NCBI RefSeq assembly: GCF_000281045.1
Contig: NW_008246110.1
Coordinates: 439,602-464,224 of the forward strand
Reading direction: 5' to 3'
Origin: Saprolegnia diclina VS20
Lineage: Eukaryota
DNA: 24,623 nucleotides
Shown here: positions 18,534-24,623 of the stretch, piece after piece
Layout: each line of letters opens with the position of its first letter
How positions within the stretch are numbered: the stretch's first letter is position 1
Notes under the pieces: generated by a model
Databases searched by the model: none
What the model saw: the letters and a program-made list of their open reading frames with translations, nothing else
What the model was told of the DNA's origin: nothing
Position numbers and translations under genes: made by a program

Positions 18534-20041
18534 CTAAATAAAAAACTCGCCGTCCTCGCGCCGTGTCGATGCACGCTCGTCATCGTCGTCGTCGTCGGTC
18601 GTCGTCATCACGTCCAACAGGAGCGCTTGCATCCGAAGGTCGTCGACGTCGGCGTCGGTCTTTTTGTACGCGCGGCGCGGCGCGGTCGACTCGATGACAA
18701 CCATATCCGTCGAGAGCACTTGGAAGAGGAGCGCGCCCAGGACAAGGAGGGCGCTTGCAATGCCAAACACCAGGTCCCAGTTGCTGGCGTCGTGCCCGAG
18801 GAGGTAGCCCGTGAGCACGTTTCCGAGGATGCCAGGTATAGTTGCGATCGTGTTGCTCACACCCATGATCTACACGACATGTATCAATCTATCAACATAT
18901 CAGTTTCGACTCAGGAGCGTACGTGGCCGGCGCAGGACGGGCCAATGTCGACCATGTTGACCCAATACCCGAGCGTCGCGGCGCGGGCGAAGAAGAGCGT
19001 GAGGCAGAGCATGCCAATCGCCGCCGACGCCGACGCTGCGTAGCGCAAGAGATACAGCGCGAGCGCTGCCCCAAGGAGACCGATGGCATTCATGATCTGG
19101 CGCACGTGCAAGACGCGGTACCGCTGCAGCAGTCGATCCGAGACGAGGCCCCAGAAGAGGACGCCGACGTACCCCGCAATGTACGGACACGCGGCCGCCA
19201 GCCCGCTTGATGACAGTGAGAGGTGCAGCTTTTCGCGGAAGTACTGCGGCATCCACCCAAGGAGCACGTACCAGCCATAGTTGAAGGCGAAATGCGACGC
19301 GTAGATGCCCCAGGCGTGCTTGTTGAGAACGAGGCGGCGCCATGGCGGCGGCGACGACGCCATGAGCGACCCGCGCTGCGATAAAATCGTTGCCTTCTCG
19401 GCGTTGGTGATACGCGCGTCGGTCTCGGGCTTGCTGCTGCCGCGCCAGAGGAAGAGAAGGACCCATGTGGTGCTAAGAAGGCCAAAGAGAAGAAAGATCG
19501 AGCGCCACCCGAGCGACTCGAGAAGAAGCGGCGAGATGGCCATGGCGACAATGGTCCCGAGGTCGACGCCGCTCGAGACGATCGACATGAGCCGACTGCG
19601 CTCACTCGCGGGGTACCAAGACGCCGAGAGCATGTGCAGCGTCGGGAACAAGATGCCCTCGCCGAGGCCCATGCCAATGCGCATGATGCGAAGCCAGGTT
19701 GGCGACGACGCGGTTGTGATCGTGAGAACGTCAAAGCACGTCCAGACGACTACGCCGGCGACGAGCACGCGCTTTGGACCATAGATCGAGGCCCAGTAGG
19801 CGCCAAGGAGCTGCGTGCAGATGTAGCCATAGTAAAAGGAGGATAAGATCTGGCCCTGCTTGGCGTGGTCGGGCTCGATGGACGGGATCGCAATGCCAAT
19901 GTTGGTCCCTACATGCAGCATGACCATGAGATGGGTAGCGCTATCGGTGCTCCTACGGTCGGCGTAGCAGAGCAGCGTGCCCATCGTGCACAGCAGCGCC
20001 ATCTCGTAGCGCCGGTACGTTTGCTTGGGCCAGAAGCGCAT
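18534..20041 (-). CDS. MFS transporter, anion:cation symporter (SLC17/sialin/PHT4-like) family, 468 aa
   Basis: Exons 20041..19957, 19908..18923 and 18869..18534. Motifs: YADRTNIGIA, QGQILSSFYYGYICTQLLG, RIGMGLGEG, W.P..ERSR, LGWRSIF, WMPQYF, MGVSNTIATIPGI. Confidence 0.93.
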
Positions 20042-20649
20042 GGTCGTCCGTCGATCGGCGGCCAGCACGGAACAAATATCTTTGTGGAAGGATGAGTCGA
20101 CTGCCAACCGGTTACAAGTGTAGCCGGTTAAGAGCAAGAACGCCATTGGATTGGCCCCAAAATATATCGTTCTCGGCATGCAATTCGCTGGAAAATATTA
20201 AGCACGATGATTTCGACCAATCCCAGGCGGTACACGTGGAAGGCGTGACAGGCACCTTGCATTGAACTTACCTGGCGCTCGCTCCTCCGATACAAAAAAG
20301 ACTCATGGACGCATTCAATGCTACAGCTCGCACGTCCGAGGTGCATCGCCACGGTTCTAGCGAGCTCGTGACTCGGACTCGCACTCGGGTGGTGCGACGC
20401 AGGCGCCGGGGAGATCACACTCAAAGTGACGCAAAAGCCGCGCGCCCGCATCGCGTTCTGCACAGTTGGCCAGTCGGTGCTCGACAGCAGGATAATCTTA
20501 CTATCGAGCTGTGCGGGATAATGGTCTCGTCGCGCTCGGTATCTTTAAAACGAACAATGTCACAACGCGAACGCAAGACTCTCTCGCTGAGCTATCGAAC
20601 ACTGCCGCTTTGCCAAAGACAATTGGTCGATTCGTCTCTCCAAAGTTGC

Positions 20650-20696
20650 ATCGCGTCATACCACAATACATATATATTATTGTGGTATGACGCGAT
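20650..20696. repeat. Perfect 19-bp inverted repeat with 9-nt AT-rich loop
   Basis: ATCGCGTCATACCACAATA (20650..20668) - CATATATAT - TATTGTGGTATGACGCGAT (20678..20696). Confidence 0.95.
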
Positions 20697-20958
20697 ATAT
20701 ATATGTATGGGCTATGAGCGGTAGCATAAATCCGTGGCTTGTGCTGACTGAACCTCAATGTCGCCGACTACTGAGGAAGCAACAAGCAAAAAGACTGCTA
20801 GAAAGGACTAGTTCTTGACAAGGTTGAGAGCTGTGGGAGCAAGCGCTGTGCTTCAACCCTGGATGAAGTGCGTGGTCAGTCCGTCGTTGACAGAAAGGAC
20901 AACGACCGTACCATAAATAGCTGCGCGCCTGTGGATCGAAACCACCACATCTCGTTGG

Positions 20959-23900
20959 ATGATGATGCAGTCGCGGCGTGTGCAGCCGTCGGGCGCCAGA
21001 GTCGAGCGGCGGCCATCAACGTCGACGAGCTCCACCAACCTGTTGTCTCCCTCAGCGCCATGGCGATACCGGCTCGGCTTTGGCATCGCGACCGCGATCG
21101 CGTCGGTGCTTGTGGGTGGGTACTTCAGCTTATTGGTGTTTCAGAGTTTTGGCAACGACCTCTGGTGGCCCCGCTACTCGCTCGCGTACCAAGCCTACCT
21201 CATCGACGTTCTCAACACTGCGCTGCTCGCGTCGCCCACTGGCTCGGTCAACCTCGTGAGTGACACGGTGCGCGTGGCCAAGACGTACGACATTGCGTCC
21301 TCGTTTACGAGCATCTCTCCCACGTACATGCGCTATTTACTCTATCACGAGCTCACGTCGGTCGAGCATGGCATTGCGAGTCTGCGGGCGATGAATCCGG
21401 GTGACGCGCTTGTCGTCAAATCGCAATATTGCTGGGTCGACTTTGCTCACGCGCTCGAGATGGCGCACACAGCGGCACGTCAAGCACGCTGTGCTCGCTA
21501 CGCCGCCAACGGTGCCGTGTACCTTGCGTCGGTGCTGCGCAACATTGACTATGGCGTCTTCATCCGCATATTTGGGGGCGTTGGCGGGACGTTCACTGTC
21601 GGCCTTGGGCTCGGCTTGCAAGAATCGAACGCTGGTCGGGCGTTTCTGCAGTCGCTCGACCATGTCGACACGTCGATTGCTCAAGAAGCTGCCCTGTGGC
21701 AGTCGTTTGGGCTCAACCGGTTTGAGTTGCAGTGGCACAACCGGTACCAAGCCGGCATCACCGAGCGTGCGACGATTCTCAACGCGCTGGGTCGCTCGGC
21801 CACGATTACGCTCAAAGACCTCCCGCAGCGTCTCGAAAGCTGGTCGTCCGGTATCCTCTACTGGCAGCTCAACAACGACCTCTACAGCGTCCAGCCGTGC
21901 AACGAGAGCCTCCTGCGCAATAACGTCTCCAACTCGTTTACACTCGGCAACTGCGTCCCGACGTTCGAGACGTTCTCAGCGCTGTACGATGCCAACGGAG
22001 AGTACGCTGCGCAGCGACTCATAGTCCACACGCACATTGGCCCTTTCCTCTCCATCGACACGTTCTTCATCCCGGCGCCACGGGCGCTGCAAGCGTTCGT
22101 GCTTCAGGTGGCAACGGCGCTGCGGCGACCCGAGATCGCCACTCGCATTGAGAAGGCGATCCCAAGCGGTGTCCTGGAACCGACCCCGCCGGCGTGGGCG
22201 ACCGGGTACGCCTTTTATGGCGGGAGTCCTCTCTGCCTTTACAGCAACCCTACGCCGTTTGTACAGCAGCCGTTTGACGCGACGACGCTGTGCACCAGTA
22301 TACAGCCCATGACAACGACCTTCTCGCCGATGTCGTTGCTCCTTGCTCGCGCCATGACCTTGACCATGTCTTCAGATCGCCTCTGTGAATGCGACGCATC
22401 GGGTCAATGCGGATCCGCCCTTGCAGCGGCCGATGCGACGCTGAAAGAATGGCAGATCAACACGTCGGGCTTCGATGCGTCGACCATCGGGCCGGTGGGC
22501 ATCATGCAGTACGTGACACCGACGACCACCGCCTCGAACTGGACGCTACTGTTCCAACCACTGCTGTCACCCGATGCGTTTGGTTTCTATGGATGGCTCA
22601 TGCTCTACGACTGGGCATTTGGGGCGCGGGAAGTGGTCGCATTCGAAGGCGACGTCGCGACCTGGACACTCATATCGAGTACGTACGCGGCGCAGACATA
22701 TTCCACGAGCGGTGGCAACTTGTACGTCCCCAACTCGACGACCATGATCGCGTACATCATTCTCTACACCACTATTGTCGCGTCATTGGTGCTGCTCGCC
22801 GCTCTCATTTCGACGTATGCTCTACCAGCGCGCGTTGCGCCCGCCAACTGGTTTGCCTTTCATCGGCTCGTGGGTGCAGCGTGGAGCGGTCGGCCGCTGC
22901 TACTGATCCGCGGCGGTGCCGCCATCGTCATGCTCAGCACCGCCAATGTCGAGCTGCGTGAATCGTCGAGCGGGTGGAGCTACTTCACATGCGACGCACG
23001 ATCGATCCTCGAGATCGTCGTACTGTCGGTTGAAGCGACGTGGCTCTCGCTTCTGTTTCAAGATGTAGCGCGGCTCTTGGTGCACGCGTCCACCCTCCGG
23101 TACGCCACACCGTGCGCTGTGATCGCCTGCGCTATTCACATCGGCCTCGAGGTCGCAGACCCGATCACACCCGTCGCTTCGCTCCAACGCTCGTGCACCA
23201 ACACAAACTTGGACACGGCGGTTGTCTGTGCCGGCTCGACCGTTGCGATCGGCGACGTGGGCCGCGCGCAAGTCCTCGTCACCACCCACGTACTGCTCAC
23301 GCTGCTCGGTATCGCAAGCGCATCTCTTGTGTGCCGTCCAGCGGCACACAGTGCAGAGAACGATGTCGCGCCGCAGTTTTACCTGCTCTCGGGCCTCGCA
23401 ACGCTGTACTTGGCACCGACGTCCCCGACGGGCGACGACTCGGTGCCCAACGACCCGGTTGCCTGCCTTCTCGCGGGCTTGATCCCGTACGCAACCTTGG
23501 ACAGCATCTATCTCTTTGATTTGAACCGGTGGGTGATTGTGAAAAGCACCAAGGACCCCAAAGAAGCCTTCCGACCACTGCACTCAAACGTCGTGTGCGT
23601 CACACGCCGGACGTCGTTGCAGCGACCCGTTGCATCCGTATCGGCGCCAACGCACGCGTTGGTGCAGTCGCTCTCTCGTGCAGCGCGGTGGTGGTCGACC
23701 GTGAGCTACGTGACACCAATTTTGGTGTCGTTGGCCTTTATGGCCCTCTCGATCGAGACGAGCATTCTCTACTTGAGTGTATCGGCGACGTCGCTCACCA
23801 ACGACTTGGCGTGGGCACACTTTTCGATGCCGTCGACGCACCGATTTCTTGCGTCATATCTCAGCGCCGACTTTGCACGTGGCAATTTAACCGCACGACC

Positions 23901-24623
23901 GCTGCAGTTGGATGCGATCGACGTCAACCTCGTCGCGTCGTCGTTGGGTGACGCGTCGTCGTCGAGCATGACGCTGCCGGGCAACTTTGGCGCCCGCGTA
24001 CAGATGCGGACTCTGCAACGCGATTTGCGCTCTGCTATCGAAGGTCTCCGGAGCACGCAACCGGCCAACATTCCGTGGGTCTTCTCAGCCTACTGCTACG
24101 TCGACTTGAACATGACGTTGGAGATGGCCAACTCTGCCAAGCGCCAAGATCGGTGTCGCAACATGACAACGAACGGCGCTGTGTACCTCGAAACGACCTT
24201 GCGCAACACCGACTGGGACGAGCTCCGCGCCGAGTGGGGCGACGCGTTCGACGTGGCCCTCGGACATGATTTGGACGCGACCAACGCTGGGAAAACCTGG
24301 CTGCGCACCGTGCGCGCCGCCGCCGCCCACTGGGTGACTCTGGACGTCGAAGAAGCTTATTGGCGCCACTTTGGGATCACTACGTACCGGCTGCAGTGGC
24401 AAAACTTCAAGACGATTGGACTCGTCAATACGTATCATGTCGTGAGCGCGTCGAGTGCGTCGTACCCCCTTACGCTGGCATCGCTCAACGGCTCGTACCG
24501 GATCCCTTCTGAGACAAGCTACAAGATGTACTGGGGCCTCGCCAACGATTTCAGCGCGCTCCTTCGCAACGGCAGCGGCATGGCCGGCAAGAGCCTTCTC
24601 TCGGGTAGCGCCAACTATGCGTA
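20959..24623 (+). CDS. Large internally duplicated multi-pass membrane protein of a saprolegnialean-type family (3'-partial, >1220 aa)
   Basis: Frame +1 is open without a stop from ATGATGATG at 20959 to the window end (read by hand; absent from the ORF track). Repeat 1: NDLWWP...QYCWVD...EMAHTAARQARC...NGAVYLASVLRN...LQWHN...GPFLSID...YGGSPLC...REVVAFEGD plus a TM block. Repeat 2 restarts with NDLAWA (23800)...YCYVD...EMANSAKRQDRC...NGAVYLETTLRN...LQWQN. Confidence 0.9.
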   Translation, partial: MMMQSRRVQPSGARVERRPSTSTSSTNLLSPSAPWRYRLGFGIATAIASVLVGGYFSLLVFQSFGNDLWWPRYSLAYQAYLIDVLNTALLASPTGSVNLVSDTVRVAKTYDIASSFTSISPTYMRYLLYHELTSVEHGIASLRAMNPGDALVVKSQYCWVDFAHALEMAHTAARQARCARYAANGAVYLASVLRNIDYGVFIRIFGGVGGTFTVGLGLGLQESNAGRAFLQSLDHVDTSIAQEAALWQSFGLNRFELQWHNRYQAGITERATILNALGRSATITLKDLPQRLESWSSGILYWQLNNDLYSVQPCNESLLRNNVSNSFTLGNCVPTFETFSALYDANGEYAAQRLIVHTHIGPFLSIDTFFIPAPRALQAFVLQVATALRRPEIATRIEKAIPSGVLEPTPPAWATGYAFYGGSPLCLYSNPTPFVQQPFDATTLCTSIQPMTTTFSPMSLLLARAMTLTMSSDRLCECDASGQCGSALAAADATLKEWQINTSGFDASTIGPVGIMQYVTPTTTASNWTLLFQPLLSPDAFGFYGWLMLYDWAFGAREVVAFEGDVATWTLISSTYAAQTYSTSGGNLYVPNSTTMIAYIILYTTIVASLVLLAALISTYALPARVAPANWFAFHRLVGAAWSGRPLLLIRGGAAIVMLSTANVELRESSSGWSYFTCDARSILEIVVLSVEATWLSLLFQDVARLLVHASTLRYATPCAVIACAIHIGLEVADPITPVASLQRSCTNTNLDTAVVCAGSTVAIGDVGRAQVLVTTHVLLTLLGIASASLVCRPAAHSAENDVAPQFYLLSGLATLYLAPTSPTGDDSVPNDPVACLLAGLIPYATLDSIYLFDLNRWVIVKSTKDPKEAFRPLHSNVVCVTRRTSLQRPVASVSAPTHALVQSLSRAARWWSTVSYVTPILVSLAFMALSIETSILYLSVSATSLTNDLAWAHFSMPSTHRFLASYLSADFARGNLTARPLQLDAIDVNLVASSLGDASSSSMTLPGNFGARVQMRTLQRDLRSAIEGLRSTQPANIPWVFSAYCYVDLNMTLEMANSAKRQDRCRNMTTNGAVYLETTLRNTDWDELRAEWGDAFDVALGHDLDATNAGKTWLRTVRAAAAHWVTLDVEEAYWRHFGITTYRLQWQNFKTIGLVNTYHVVSASSASYPLTLASLNGSYRIPSETSYKMYWGLANDFSALLRNGSGMAGKSLLSGSANYA

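Noticed and set aside
20863..20916. Upstream in-frame ATG for the giant membrane protein
   Set aside because: Closed by TAA at 20914..20916 with no TAG acceptor at typical intron distance; at most a short uORF.
21337..24438. Numerous 60-230 aa ORFs in other frames and on the other strand
   Set aside because: Shadow ORFs overlapping the continuous frame +1 CDS 20959..24623.

Overview
Eukaryotic, GC-rich genomic DNA, most likely from a saprolegnialean oomycete (Saprolegnia/Achlya-like). This is inferred from the 41-53 nt GT-AG introns, the GC-rich coding sequence and the lineage-typical membrane-protein families. There is one 958-N assembly gap (1525..2482). Contents: four paralogues of an uncharacterised ~650-aa six-TM protein with a large ectodomain (one partial at the left edge, one spanning the gap; the three whose 3' ends are visible share one intron); a hypothetical gene; a 98-aa ORF resembling a histone H3 tail plus alphaN helix with no histone fold; a phosphotriesterase-related protein that has lost most metal ligands and carries a C-terminal treble-clef zinc finger; a formin with 10-12 NAMLEEMMKKR repeats and three CCDC53-like repeats; an F-box/multi-pass membrane protein; an SLC17/ACS-family MFS transporter; and a >1200-aa internally duplicated membrane protein running off the right edge (missing from the ORF track). 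No rRNA, tRNA, CRISPR array or intact mobile element was seen. Gene models were spliced by eye and family calls come from motif recognition, not database searches.
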